A DNA stretch of 64,000 bases, taken from NCBI GenBank assembly GCA_951406725.2, contig OX597837.1:22444001-22508000 (forward strand), written 5' to 3'. Position numbers and translations under genes: made by a program. Below the pieces are notes generated by a model. That model was not told the DNA's origin, made no database searches, and saw only the letters and a program-made list of their open reading frames with translations. Shown piece by piece: positions 1 to 13,685 of this stretch. Origin of the DNA: Octopus vulgaris (lineage: Eukaryota). How positions within the stretch are numbered: position 1 is the stretch's first letter; each line of letters opens with the position of its first letter.

Positions 1-344
1 ACAAAACTTCACACACACACACACACACACGGCGAGATGAAATAACAAGGAAGCATCTATGCAGCCGCGTCACCTGCAAGAAATAGCAGCAAAATCTTGT
101 CTGAAATTACATCCTACCATAAAAAAAAATAAATAAATGATACACACACAAAAAGACTGATTGTTTCCTCCACCTTAGCAAAGGCAGGGGTATTGTTTTC
201 AGTCGTGTTTGTATGTTGGACCGTGGACAAGATATCTTAAGAACTGCTGGATGGATTCGGATGAAACTCTCAGGGTTGTTTGGCCTCGTGACAGGCATGA
301 ACTGATTAGATTTTGGGACCGATTCAGTGCTGGACAAGGATTCT

Positions 345-680
345 GGATATCTTTCATCTTTTGGTGGGGGCACCGCCTTGAAGAATTTTTAGTCGCATGA
401 ATTAACCCCAGGACTTTTTTCATTTTAAACTTGGTACTTATTATATCGGTCTATTTTGCCGAACCGTTAAATTACAGAGACGTAAACACATTAACACCGG
501 TTGTTGAGCGGTGTAGTGGGGACAAACACAAAAGTTTCTTTCAGTTTCTGTCTACCAAATCCACTGACAAGGCTTTGGTCAGCCCGAGGCTATAGCAGAA
601 AATACAAGGTGCCACGCAGTGGGACTGAACCCACAACCATGTGGTTAGGAAGCAAGCTACTTATCACACAGTCACACCTG
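345..680 (-). mobile_element. SINE family A (tRNA-head), decayed copy
   Basis: Reverse complement of the family A consensus seen at 5721 and 22891 (gtggtaagtagcttgct...ggttcagtcccactgcgtggc...gtggatttggtagacggaaactgaaag). Confidence 0.75.
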
Positions 681-1011
681 CACCTGTGTAGAATTTGTAT
701 CTACATTCATTCTTCTTTCATCTTGGTGTTTGGTTTAAAAGCTTACAACCATCTTGACTCTTGTGCTACCATATTTCTGCTGAAAAACACTTTCTTTGTT
801 TTTGTATAGGATTTGCAAGATTCTTTATGTGAATTTGTGTGTTGAAACAAATTTTGTTGAGTCTGGGAGAGTTATTACACCATTGACTAAAAATGAAGAA
901 ATGGGATTGAACCTGTGTGTATGTTGTTATTATTGGCATAATGACTCTCCCAAGACACAACAGAATATGCTGTCTTTGTTTCAAGTAATTTAGAAACTAA
1001 TGAAGGATTTA

Positions 1012-1494
1012 CATTGTTTACATTTGATGGATATTTGTCCTCATCTTGTTTGTTGTTAACACAATGTTTCAGCTGATATACCCTCCAGCCTTCTTCAGGT
1101 GTCTTGGGAAAATTTCAAACCTGGGTTCTCATTCCTAAGGTATTTTTCGATGTTGTTATTATTATTATTATTATGATTATTATAGTTCAGGTCACTGCTT
1201 GGAATCGAACTTGGAATCTTAACCACTACACCATATGACATAGTGGTTAAGAGCACGGGTTACTAACCCCAAGGTTCCAAGTTTGATTCCAAGCAGTGAC
1301 CTGAACAATAATAATAATAATAATAATATTGAAAAATACCTTAGGAATGAGAACCCAGGTTCAAAATTTCCCCAAGACACCTGAAGAAGGCTGGAGGGTA
1401 TATCAACCGAAACATGTTAACAAACAAGATGAGGACAAATATCTGTCAAATGTAAATAATGTACATAATTCCTCATCTCTTAAATATAGAACTG
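1012..1494. mobile_element. Palindromic head-to-head pair of a tRNA-head element with a hammerhead-bearing tail, flanked by a 13-bp TSD
   Basis: 1012-~1230 is the reverse complement of ~1240-1462. tRNA-like A/B-box head (tagtggttaagagc...gtttgattcc). The direct repeat aatgaaggattta sits at 999-1011 and 1495-1507. Confidence 0.85.
1059..1102 (-). ncRNA. Minimal type I hammerhead ribozyme motif
   Basis: Minus strand reads ACAC-CUGAAGA-A-GGCUG(loop)CAGCU-GAAAC-AUU-GUGU, with stem I ACAC/GUGU. The mirror copy at 1377-1418 keeps CUGAAGA...GAAAC but has lost the 3' strand of stem I. Confidence 0.65.
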
Positions 1495-1553
1495 AATGAA
1501 GGATTTAATAGAAAAACTGTCATTATTAAGCTGGTGCTTGAAATACAAATTAA

Positions 1554-1771
1554 CCCTTTAGCATCTAATCCAGCCATATCCAGCACAAATATTCTACCTG
1601 TTTTGTGTTAAAGCTGACTAGATCCAACCTCTCACACCTCCCTCACAATGTCGTTCTAAAAATACACAAACACACCATTGAAATCTTGAAATTACAAGAT
1701 GTGTAATTAATTCCAAACAATTTGAATACACAAGCAAAATATTTGACAAAGAAATCTGGATGCTTAAAAGG
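1554..1771. mobile_element. piggyBac-type MITE (decayed)
   Basis: TTAA-ccctttag...aaaagg-TTAA ends. The internal sequence is the reverse complement of the MITE at 43759-43956. Confidence 0.65.
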
Positions 1772-4700
1772 TTAACATGAAATTTTAAGGTGATCGTATA
1801 ATTTAGATCACTTCAAGTTTATATCATAGAACCAGGTGTTTTCAGGTGAGTTGATATCAAGAGTTAAATGTGACAATTTGTCTGCTCCTCCCACTTTTAA
1901 TCCCCACAGCTCCCCCACTAACACCAAGGAGAACCTCTCACCCCCACCCACCCCCCACAATGAAAAACACTCATTTAACACTCGGTTGACACTTACTGAA
2001 CCGACCTACAGTCTATAGCAAGTAGACCTTGTCCTGTCCTACACCAGGAAGATTTGGCTGGTTCTTTTTTGCAGGTGGATTAACCATGTTGAGCTCATTG
2101 GTTCACTGACAAAACTGATTTAATGGGACAGCAATAGCAGTGGCCATGGTAGTGAAAAAGACTAACCAGGAAGAAGTAACAGTAAAAAACAAAAAGAAAA
2201 ATGCCAACACAGATAGAGCAGAACTGATGGAATGAAGACTATCACACCAATTTTTAATATTGTACTTACACATATATTTTTGTATTCACAACTAAACTCA
2301 AAACTAATTTTGAAGATAATTGAAATTATCTGTCTTTCTCTTTCTGATGTTTTCCTGTAATTTTACTTCTATTAATTATATTTATTTTTATATTTATTTT
2401 AACCCTTTTTGCCTCTGGTTCAAAATCATTATTTTGAAGTGTTTAATTAAACCTTACATCAAATTATATTCATGAATCATTTGTTTAGTGATATTTCAAA
2501 CTTCAATAAACGTAGAAGTTATTTTACTAAAATCCTTTCAATTCTTGATTATTTTCAAAAATTAATAAGTATGGCTCTGTGGTTAAGAGAATCCCTTATT
2601 TAAACAAACACTAAGGGTTAGTGGCAGGAAGAGTATCTAACTGAAAAACAATACTTTAATAACATATTCACCTAACTCATGCCAACTTGGAAAAAACAGC
2701 CACAAAAAAAATATTATTTACTGTAAATAATATTTTCCACAAGTATTCTGTGAATATTTATACAAAATACCATATAGAGTGCAACAGCACTAAACTAAAG
2801 AATTCACTATTTGAATACACATTGCTCTTGTTATTTTGAATGGGAGGCGGGGCGTGATAGCAGAATATAACAAAAATAAACAAAATTAAGCAAAGAAAAA
2901 TAATTCGAATAAGCCAATATTCCATAAGTATGAGAATTAAATTTTTAAAATTAATTCGTAATTTATTAAAACCATCTCCCCATTTCTTTGCAAGTTGCTA
3001 ATGAATGCCACTAGGTTTTTGTTTACTGTCTCTCACAAATAGGAAAATTCTAGTTATTAACAATGCTTGGCATATATATTCATTATATGCATATACTTGA
3101 ATTATTTTGCAGAACACCACACAAAATATTTACTATGAGAGTTGCCTTCCTTTACAACTTCTACGTCCATATTGAAAGCGGTTTGCTCAGGTATTCTGTG
3201 ATAGAACAATAATGACTGAAACAGGTTTGAACCTGGGCTCTATAAGGAGAAAGTTTATACCTTATCCACGGGGCCAGTAAGTAAACTAATCTTCTGCTGG
3301 TTTCTAATGCATGAATCAGAATCATGGAACATGGATAGCTCCTTCAATCACATGGTTCTAGGTTCATTCTCACAGCATGGCACCTTGGGCAGGTGTCTAC
3401 TATAGCCTCAGACTGACCAAAACCTTGTGAGTGGCTTTTGGCAGATGGAACCTGAAAGAAGCCTGATGTGTGTGTGTATCAACAAGTGTACAGTAAGGTA
3501 CAGATGATAGAGTTCCAATAGTGCAAAGTTCCAATGGTAATCTGGGTGAAGTAATGATAAGGTGGATAAGGAGAGATGGGAGTCCAAGAGGGGATGAAGT
3601 TCAGTCATACAAGATCAAACTGTGTTTGTGTATGCGTGTCTTTGTGTCTGTGTTTGCCCCTTGCCACGGCTTGACAACCAGTATTGGTGTGTTTATGTCC
3701 TCGTAACTTAGCAGTTTGGCAAAAGAGACCAATAGAATAAGTACCAGGCTTTAAAAGAAAATAAGTATTGGGGTTGATTAGTTCAACTGAAATTCATCAA
3801 GCTAGTGCCCCAACATGGCTGCAGTCTAATGACTGAGACAAGTAAAAGAGTAAGACTTGAGTCAGCCCAAAGGTTGCTATGGGTTACACTTTATATATTC
3901 CCAGCATCCCAATAGGGTCTCTATTTCCCTCACTGCTCTTGCTGCACTCTCCCAGTGATCCACAGATCCTACTTCTTTCCTTCTCAATGTCCTAACCCCA
4001 CACCTTTTCTGCCACTTCATCACATTCATTTCTACTCTGTCCCACCACAGAGACAAATATAACACTGCCATCACCCAAATGGTATCAACACAAAAACAAA
4101 CAGAAATAATAAACACTTACATTCATGGACACATACAGCTATCAATCCCTCTCACAAGCCTGATGAATCCAAGCTGCCACACAGTGGGATAATGGAACCC
4201 AACACACACACATACACACATATAGACACAGGTGTGGCTGCATGGCAAAAACTTGCTTCTCAGATGATTCCAGGTTCAGTCCCACTGCATGAAACCTTGG
4301 GCAAGTGTCTTCTACTAAAGCCTTGGGCTGACCAAAGCCTCATGAGTGGATTTGATAAATGGAAAGTGAAAGAAGCCCATCATATGAGTGTGTGTCTTTC
4401 TGCTTGACAACTGGTGTTGATGCATTTACATTCCAAAAACTTAGTGGTTTGGCAAAAGTGACCAACAGAATAAAGTACGGCTTCAGAAGAAAATAAGTAC
4501 CAGAGTAGATTAGTTCAACTAAAATTGTTTGAGGTAGTGCCCCAGCATAGCCACAGTCAAATGACTGAAACAAAATAAAGGATGTACATCATTTGGATCT
4601 TCATTGTCATACATAGATATATTCAGACATTTGGGTTGTTATAATCATAACATTTTCACCATTGTACACTCTGGCCTCCTCTAGGTGCCTTGTGGTTTCC

Positions 4701-5523
4701 AATAATGTTCTGAAAATTTGGAATCAAACTTGTTAAATTCATTGGGGGTGGATTGCTCTCATTCCATAGGTCATATCAGGGATATTCTCCTTATTGGTTA
4801 CTCTACTACCTGTGATACTGCCAGTGTGTGGTTACAGTTCAACCAGAGTGAATTTTTACTTGACCAAACCAGGAACTTAACACATGCCCACTGACTTCAT
4901 TGTCCAATTCCTCATCTCAGAAATTCATACAAAAAAATTAGAATTAGTGTTGTGTTGACAATGAGCATGCTGTTGCTCAACCAAATGAATTACCTGCTCA
5001 TTCAATCAGCATTAACTGGCTGAGTATTCCAAGACACATGGACTGGATCCTTAATCTAATAATTAGGGAGAATCAACATAACACAGCGACAAGGGAGGAC
5101 CTTTGAATTACAAATACCTGTCCTACAGGTTTTCATGCAGAGGGACCCAAACTCAGGACCTCGTGTATACATATGTATGTCTATATGTGTATATATGTAT
5201 GAGTCAATACATATGGAATGATGTGTGAGTATGCATACATACACATATATACGACGGACTTCTTTCAGTTTCTGTCAGGCAGTGCACGGCAGCACAGCAG
5301 AAAGCACAGTCAGCCGAGCGGCTATAGTAGAAGACACTTGCCCAAAGTACCACACAGTGGGACTGAACCCTGACCCATTTGGTTGGTAAGCAAGCTACTT
5401 ACCACACAGCCACTCCTGTGCCTATATATATAATAAGCAAGAGTCTCTCTCTCTCTTTATATATATATAAATGGCGGTGCCCCAGCATGGCCACAGCTCA
5501 TAGGCTGGAACTGGAATCAATCA

Positions 5524-5575
<52 letters not shown>

Positions 5576-5720
5576 CACACATACATACATACATTCAACT
5601 ATAAGTCCACTGCGTCTTATAACAGAAACAACTGTAAGCTACTGAGGATCATAAGATGATGGTTTATTCCTTTGTCATCGCATTTTTTTCATTACTGCTC
5701 TGTACTCAACTAACACTTCA

Positions 5721-5884
5721 GAGTGGCTGTGTAGTAAGTAGCTTGCTAACCAACCACATGGTTCCGGGTTCAGTCCCACTGCGTGGCATCTTGGGCAAGT
5801 GTCTTCTGCTATAGCCCCGGGCCGACCAATGCCTTGTGAGTGGATTTGGTAGACGGAAACTGAAAGAAGCCTGTCGTATATATG

Positions 5885-5915
<31 letters not shown>

Positions 5916-6102
5916 TTGTCCCCCTAGCATTGCTTGACAACCGATGCTGGTGTGTTTACGTCCCCGTCACTTAGCGATTTGGCAAAAGAGACCGATAGAA
6001 TAAGTACTGGGCTTACAAAGAATAAGTCCCGGGGTCGATTTGCTCGACTAAAGGCGGTGCTCCAGCATGGCCGCAGTCAAATGACTGAAACAGAGTAAAG
6101 AG
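5721..6102 (+). mobile_element. SINE family A, near full-length copy
   Basis: tRNA-like head with A/B boxes, conserved body, internal (TG)n and a tail ending ccagcatggccgcagtcaaatgactgaaac(agtaaag)n. More decayed copies lie at about 3345-3850, 4230-4580, 5255-5420(-), 10862-11225(-), 12040-12416, 13213-13912, 24473-24823(-), 39005-39215(-), 47217-47365 and 55985-56390(-). Confidence 0.9.
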
Positions 6103-6595
6103 TATATGTATGTATACAGAGTTCTACACCAGGTTATTAGTCTTGCAATGCCTAAGGGAATTATACATATATATATATAAGCAGGATATTGTGTGTGTGT
6201 GTGTATGCATGAGCATGCATATAGTAGTTTGTATGAATATATAGACACAGGAGAATATATCTATATTCATAATAAATTCAGAAGACTGTTTGTTAGGGAA
6301 GAAATGTGGGAGTAAGTATATATATGACATTGGCAGAGCAGTGTAATCTTATAAGAGTGAAATTTGAGGAGGAGGAAAAGAGAAAGGTAAAGGAGAAGTA
6401 ATGACTGTTTGGTCCACACTGCAGCACATGGTGTGTGTGTTGTCTCTTTGTCTAGATTTGGAAGATTGGCAGCTGTACACACATACACACATCTGTATGA
6501 TATATATGTGTGTGTGTATGCATGTATGTATTATTTAAGGTTGTGTTAACCAGCACATTTTTATGCTGTACCACTGAATTCAATCTATATATTTT

Positions 6596-6639
<44 letters not shown>

Positions 6640-7261
6640 GAAGTAATCTATGAATACATATATGCCAAGGAGGGAGCACATATGAGATTGTCCAACATGC
6701 TAGAAATAGTAGTCAAATCTTACTATATGTCCTAAAAATGGAATGAGACGTTGGATAATGTAGTACAATATACATAGACTATTTAAAAAAAAACGCAAGG
6801 GAATGATCACAGCTGGAAATAGGGCTGCTCTGATATGTTCAAAACAAATGTGTTATATGTGAATGTGTTTCTTCATTTTTACACATTCGTCTTTCTATGC
6901 AAGCATGGAAAAGACGAATATATTATAGAAGCATAGCTTTATAGCCAGATGCTTTTCCTGTTGCTAAACCTTGTCTCATTTTTTTGAAGTAAAGTATTAG
7001 TTATTCCATATGCTTATGAATGTGCAAATCCAGCAAATGATTAGCGGACAAGAGAAATGAGAATAGCACTGCTTTTAATAGCTCGTGATTCCCAGATAAA
7101 TGCAAATGTAAGCAGAGAGAACACACACACACACACACACACACAAAAGGCTTCTTTCCATTTCCTTCTACTAAATCCACTATAGTAGAAGATACTCAAA
7201 ATGCTATACAATAGCATGGAGTTTATAATCACTTGCAAGTAAGTTATGCCTGTGCCTCGTT

Positions 7262-8808
7262 TTATATATGTATACATACATATATATATATGTATACATA
7301 CATATATATATGCATACATACATATATATATGCATACATACATATATATATGCATACATACATATATATATGCATACATACATATATATATGCATACATA
7401 TATATATATATATGCATACATACATACATATATATATATGCATACATACATACATATATATATATGCATACATACATACATATATATATATGCATACATA
7501 CATACATATATATATATGCATACATACATACATATATATATATGCATACATACATACATATATATATATGCATACATACATATATATATATATGTATACA
7601 TACATACATATATATATATATGTATACATACATATATATATATATGTATACATACATACATATATATATATATGTATACATACATACATATATATATATA
7701 TGTATACATACATACATATATATATATATGTATACATACATATATATATATATATGTATACATACATACATATATATATATATGTATACATACATACATA
7801 TATATATATATGTATACATACATATATATATATATATATGTATACATACATACATATATATATATATGTATACATACATACATATATATATATATATGTA
7901 TACATACATACATATATATATATATGTATACATACATACATATATATATATATGTATACATACATACATATATATATATATGTATACATACATACATATA
8001 TATATATATGTATACATACATACATATATATATATATATGTATATAGGCGTTAGGAAGGGCATCCAGCTGTAGAAACACTGCCACATCTGACTGGCCTGG
8101 TGCAGCCTTCGGCTTCCCAGACCCCAGTTGAACCGTCCAACCCATGCTAGCATGGAAAGCGGACGTTAAACGATGATGATGATGATGATGATGATATGTA
8201 TACATACATACATATATATATATATGTATACATACATACATATATATATATATGTATACATACATACATATATATATATATGTATACATACATACATATA
8301 TATATATATGTATACATACATACATATATATATATATATATGTATATAGGCGTTAGGAAGGGCATCCAGCTGTAGAAACACTGCCACATCTGACTGGCCT
8401 GGTGCAGCCTTCGGGCTTCCCAGACCCCAGTTGAACCGTCCAACCCATGCTAGCATGGAAAGCGGACGTTAAACGATGATGATGATGATGATGATGATAT
8501 GTATACATACATACATATATATATATATGTATACATACATACATATATATATATATGTATACATACATACATATATATATATATGTATACATACATACAT
8601 ATATATATGTATACATACATACATATATATATATATGCATACATACATACATATATATATGTATACATACATACATATATATATATATGCATACATACAT
8701 ATATATATATGCATACATTACATATATATATATATATGCATACATATATATATATATATATGCATACATATATATATATATGCATACATATATATATATA
8801 TATATATG

Positions 8809-8839
<31 letters not shown>

Positions 8840-8965
8840 GCATACATATATATATGCATATATATATATATATATACATATATATATGCATACATATATA
8901 TATATATATATGCATATATATATATATATATATATATGCATACATATATATATATATATGCATAC

Positions 8966-8998
<33 letters not shown>

Positions 8999-9059
8999 GC
9001 ATACATATATACATATATATATATGCATACATATATACATATATATATATGCATACATA

Positions 9060-9132
<73 letters not shown>

Positions 9133-9186
9133 GCATACATATATATATATATATATGCATACATATATATATATATATATCATACA

Positions 9187-9244
<58 letters not shown>

Positions 9245-9366
9245 CATACATATATATATATATATGCATACATATATATATATATATGCATACATATATA
9301 TATATATGCATACATATATATATATATATGCATACATATATATATATGCATACATATATATATATG

Positions 9367-9425
<59 letters not shown>

Positions 9426-9432
9426 GCATACA

Positions 9433-9485
<53 letters not shown>

Positions 9486-9491
9486 GCATAC

Positions 9492-9524
<33 letters not shown>

Positions 9525-9625
9525 CATATATATATATGCATACATATATATATATATATGCATACATATATATATATATATGCATACATATATATATATA
9601 TATATGCATACATATATATATATAC

Positions 9626-9695
<70 letters not shown>

Positions 9696-9702
9696 TATAT
9701 AT

Positions 9703-9746
<44 letters not shown>

Positions 9747-9755
9747 TATCATCAT

Positions 9756-9805
<50 letters not shown>
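7262..9805. repeat. Large complex (TA)n/(TACA)n/(TGCA) microsatellite array
   Basis: About 2.5 kb of 20-26-bp higher-order units such as tgtatacatacatacatatatatata. It is the source of the spurious Y/I/H/T/M ORFs. Confidence 0.97.
8047..8497 (+). mobile_element. Two tandem 3' ends of SINE family B with (GAT)n tails
   Basis: ggcgttaggaagggcatccagctgtagaaac...ccaacccatgctagcatggaaagcggacgttaaac(gat)n at 8047-8193 and 8349-8497, nearly identical. Confidence 0.9.
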
Positions 9806-9808
<3 letters not shown>

Positions 9809-11703
9809 GTTGGATGCCCTCCCCAATGCCAACCTTTTTAGAGTGTACAAGGCACTATTTACATGACACCAACAACAGTGCTTTTTATGTGACACCATCA
9901 CCAACAGGGTCACCAACAGGGTCACCAAGTACTTTGCAAAACAAAAATCCCTCAACTGGGAGTGGGGGGTTAATATCGAGGGGATATGGTTTCGTACCAA
10001 TAGAGTGATTTAAGGTAGAGAAGGGACAGATGTTGATGTCTTGCTGTAGAGTAGATACATGGATACCCCAGTTGGTACACAAAGGAGAGTGATAGAGAGA
10101 TGATGGCAAAGTGTGTCAGGTCATGTCCTTGAGGAAGACTGGGGGTGGTGAAAATAAGTGAAGTGATATAGAGGTTTGGGCTGGAAGAGTGAGAAGGATG
10201 GGGTGATGAGTAAATATTGGAGAAAGATGTAAGAGAGACTGGTGGGGGTCACAGTAGATACATGAGGTCATTGAGGCAACAGCAGGTAAGCAAGGAGTTG
10301 ATAATAGAGAGCAGCACAAAGAAGGGAGAGAAGGTGCAGAAAGAAGGGGTATGTAGTGTGTGCCTATTCTACTCTCAGGTGATACAGGAAGTGGTGGGTG
10401 TCAGGGGATGAAAGTTGACATAGAAGGGAGACAGAATGGAGGTAAGCATTATTAAGGGAGTCTTTAAAATAAGCAGTACATTTGATAGAGTAAATCTGAA
10501 TGTTAGAGGGTTAAACCTAATTCAGGCTTAGTGGACTTCTTTATGGCAAAGTGCTAGTCTTTATGCCACATGTTTATTGTACCATGACACAGAAGTGGCC
10601 ATCATGCAACATAATGACCACCACATTCAAATCAGTTCCAAATATCAAAGGTAATAGACTAGTGAATCCTGAATTATTGGACACATGCAATATGGCTGCA
10701 TAGTTAAGAAGTTCACTCCCCATCCCCATGAGTTGAAGGATGAGGTGCCCTAGTGAACAATATGGGAAGTAAGCTGAATGTAAACATAAGGAATAACAGT
10801 AGCAACCAATGACCACTTTTTGTCCAAAATTTCAAACTTTTCATAACTCAGTAAATATCTTTTATTTCTTTCAGTTGTTGCACTGTGGCCATGCACCACC
10901 ATAAAGGTTTTTGGCCAAATGAACCAACTCCAGTACTTATTTTTTAAAACCCAGTACTTAGTCTATTGGTCACTTTTACCAAACTGCTAAGTGACAGGAG
11001 ACATAAAGAAACCAGCGAGGGTTGTCAAGCAGTGGTGGGGACAAACCCAAACAGAAAGACACACACATACATGACTGGCTCCTATCAGTTTCCATCCACC
11101 AAATCCACTCACAAGGATTTCGTTGGCTTGGGCTAAGACACCTACCGAAGATGCCATGTAGTGGGACTGAACTGAGAACCATGTGATTAGGAAGAAAACG
11201 TCTTACCCCACAGCCATACTCGCGCCTTTATACAAGATATTTTTATACAAATCTTTTAGCTTGAAAGCACCAGTTAATGTGTTCTCTCAACAATGTTTAC
11301 CAATTTAGCAGACATACATTGGCAAAAGACACACACACACAGAGCCTCTTTTTATTTTTATTATTGCTTTCATAGACTACGACCATGCTGGAACACCACC
11401 TATAAAAGTTTATTCACTTATATCAATATTAGTACTTATTTTGTCTGGTACTATTTTATTGATCTCTATGTCATTGAACTGCTATTAAAGCAATGTAAAC
11501 AACAGGTATTATGAATGTAAACATAGACACACCTACAGTTACACCTGTTCCATAGGCTTCCACACAATTTCCATTTACTAAATTTCACTCAAAAGGCACT
11601 GGTCGAGCTGACACTTGCCCTTGATGCCACTGTGTAGGCACAAACCCAAAAGCAAATGGTTGCAAAGTGAACCTTTTAACCACATAGCAATGCCTGAGCA
11701 TAT

Positions 11704-11757
<54 letters not shown>

Positions 11758-11759
11758 TG

Positions 11760-11943
11760 TGTGTACCGTTGGCGATTTTTTTTCCTCTGTCTTCCCTTCT
11801 CTGGATCTTTCCTTCTATGTTTCTGACGAAGAGCTCCGCTCGAAATGTTAAACCCTCCTTCTTTCCTGAGCGTCCAATAATACTATATTTGTTCCACGTC
11901 CTTGCGTTGTTGTGTTTTTTTGTGCTTTCTTGTTTGGATTAAC
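11760..11943 (+). mobile_element. Solo Penelope-like pseudo-LTR in TA-rich repeat
   Basis: Contains a hammerhead followed by the cctgagcg..aata.ta..tttgt segment shared with 46090-46330. Flanked by TA-rich repeats. Confidence 0.6.
11819..11853 (+). ncRNA. Minimal type I hammerhead ribozyme motif
   Basis: GUUU-CUGACGA-A-GAGC(UCC)GCUC-GAAAU-GUU-AAAC. Stem I GUUU/AAAC and stem II GAGC/GCUC pair perfectly. Confidence 0.75.
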
Positions 11944-12426
11944 TATATACATACATATATATATATATATCCACACACATACATACATACACGCACATGT
12001 AGACACATACATACGTGTGTGTGCACGCATGCACGCATGGAGGGTAAGTTTGCTTCCCAACCACAAGATACTGGGTTCAGTCTCACTGCATGGCACTGTG
12101 GCCAAGTATCTTCTGCTACAGCCTTGGGCCAACAAAAACTGTGAGTGGATTTGGAAGACAAAAACTAAAAAAAAAACCCCATCATGTGTGTGTGTGTGTG
12201 TGTGTGTGCTCGTGTCTGTGTTTGTTCCTCCATGACAGCTTGACAACCATGCTGGTGTGTTTACATCTCTGTAACTAAACAGTTCAGCAATAGAGACTGA
12301 TAGAATAAGTGCCAGGCTTAAATAAAAATAAGAACTGGGGTTGATTAGTTCAACAAAAATTCTTCAAGATAGTGCCCTAGCATGGTTGCAGTCTAATGAC
12401 TAAAACAAATTAAAAGGTAAATACGG

Positions 12427-12705
12427 TGAACCAGAGGGCTGCACCAGGCTTCAATCTTGATCTGGCAGAGTTTCTACAGCTGGATGCCCTTCCTAATGCC
12501 AACCACTCCGAGAGTGTAGTGGGTGCTTTTACGTGCCACCGGCACGGGGCCAGTCAAGCAGCACTGGCAACGATCTCGCTCGAATCTTTTACATATGCCA
12601 CCGACACAGGTGCCAGTAAGGCGATGCTGCTGACGATTGCGCTCAAATGGTGTCTTTTACGTGCCACCGGCACGGAGGCCAGATAGCCGCTCTGGCAATG
12701 ATCAT
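12427..12705 (-). mobile_element. SINE family B with internal ~60-bp subrepeats
   Basis: Reverse complement of the ggcattaggaagggcatccagctgtagaaac tail plus ggcacgtaaaagcacc units. Other copies at about 16300-16420(-), 20055-20200, 20560-20910(-), 31450-31800 (inverted pair), 34610-34740(-) and 50360-50590(-). Confidence 0.8.
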
Positions 12706-13369
12706 GCTCTATATGTATGTGTTTCAATGAATGTTTACATTCTGTCTTCACATGAAACTGCTTGAGCAAAGAGGGAATGGCAACATATTGATATTGATCC
12801 TGCAGTTTTGTGGTCTTCAAGATAGATTGGAATAAAATCCCCTTCTTAAAAAACATGTAAGGATCAGTGTCTATCAGGAATGGCACCCAACTGTTAAAAT
12901 AATGCCTCAATAACAAGTATTCAACCAACCCATCTCAGCATGGAAAAACAGAAAAATGAATGAACACCAAAAACTTTTGTCCCATTTAGCTTTTGACTTA
13001 ACAAAAGTTAATTCGGGTAGAGACTCTGGGCAGGGCAAGGTGAACTGCAGCTCAGTTGAAACTGCTTGAAGGAAGATATTTAACCCAGTCAAGCAGTTCT
13101 GAAGTAACACAAGATTTAAGCCCATCTATATTATGCGCTTGCTCTACTACATGTGTTCTGTTGCTATATACTGACCCATGATGAACTGGATGTATAATAT
13201 ATCTACAAGATATGTGGTAAAAAGTTTACTTCCCAACCACATGGTTCTAGGTTTTTGTGCTACAGAGTAGCACCCTGGGCAAGTGACTTCTACTACAGCT
13301 CCAAATCTTTGTGAGTGGATTTGGCAGACAGAAACTGAAAGAAGCCCAAGGTATATAGAGAGACTGACA

Positions 13370-13685
13370 CTCCAGCAATTACAATGACAAAGGTTCCGGT
13401 TGATCCAATTAATGAAACAGCCTGCTTGTGAAATTAACATGCAAGTGGTTGAGCACTTCACAGACACAAGTACCCTTAACATAGTTCTCGGGGAGATTCA
13501 GCAAGACACAGAATGTGATATGGCTAGCTCTTTGAATTACAGGTACAACTAATCTTTACCAGCTGAGTGAACTAGAGCAACGTAAAATAAAGTGTCTTGC
13601 TCAAAGACATAATGTACCACTGAGAACTGAACTCAGAAACTCAGGATTATGAGTCAAATACCCTAACCACCAAGCCACATGCCTA
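13370..13685 (-). mobile_element. SINE family D nested in a family A copy
   Basis: tRNA-like head (tggcttggtggttaggg...gagttcagttctc), ttgagcaagacac core and a tail shared with 62290-62472. It splits the family A copy into 13213-13350 and 13705-13912. Confidence 0.75.

Noticed and set aside
7041-10008. Long ORFs of 250-510 aa in all frames (also at 14.3-15.0, 26.9-27.5, 36.8-38.0 and 61.0-61.7 kb)
   Set aside because: They are translations of TA/TACA/GATA microsatellites that lack stop codons. Composition is only Y/I/H/T/M/C/V.
12907-13125. ag|ATGGGC as a candidate DOT1L exon 3
   Set aside because: The required frame reads R-W-A-stop, with no WVCEE-like sequence.
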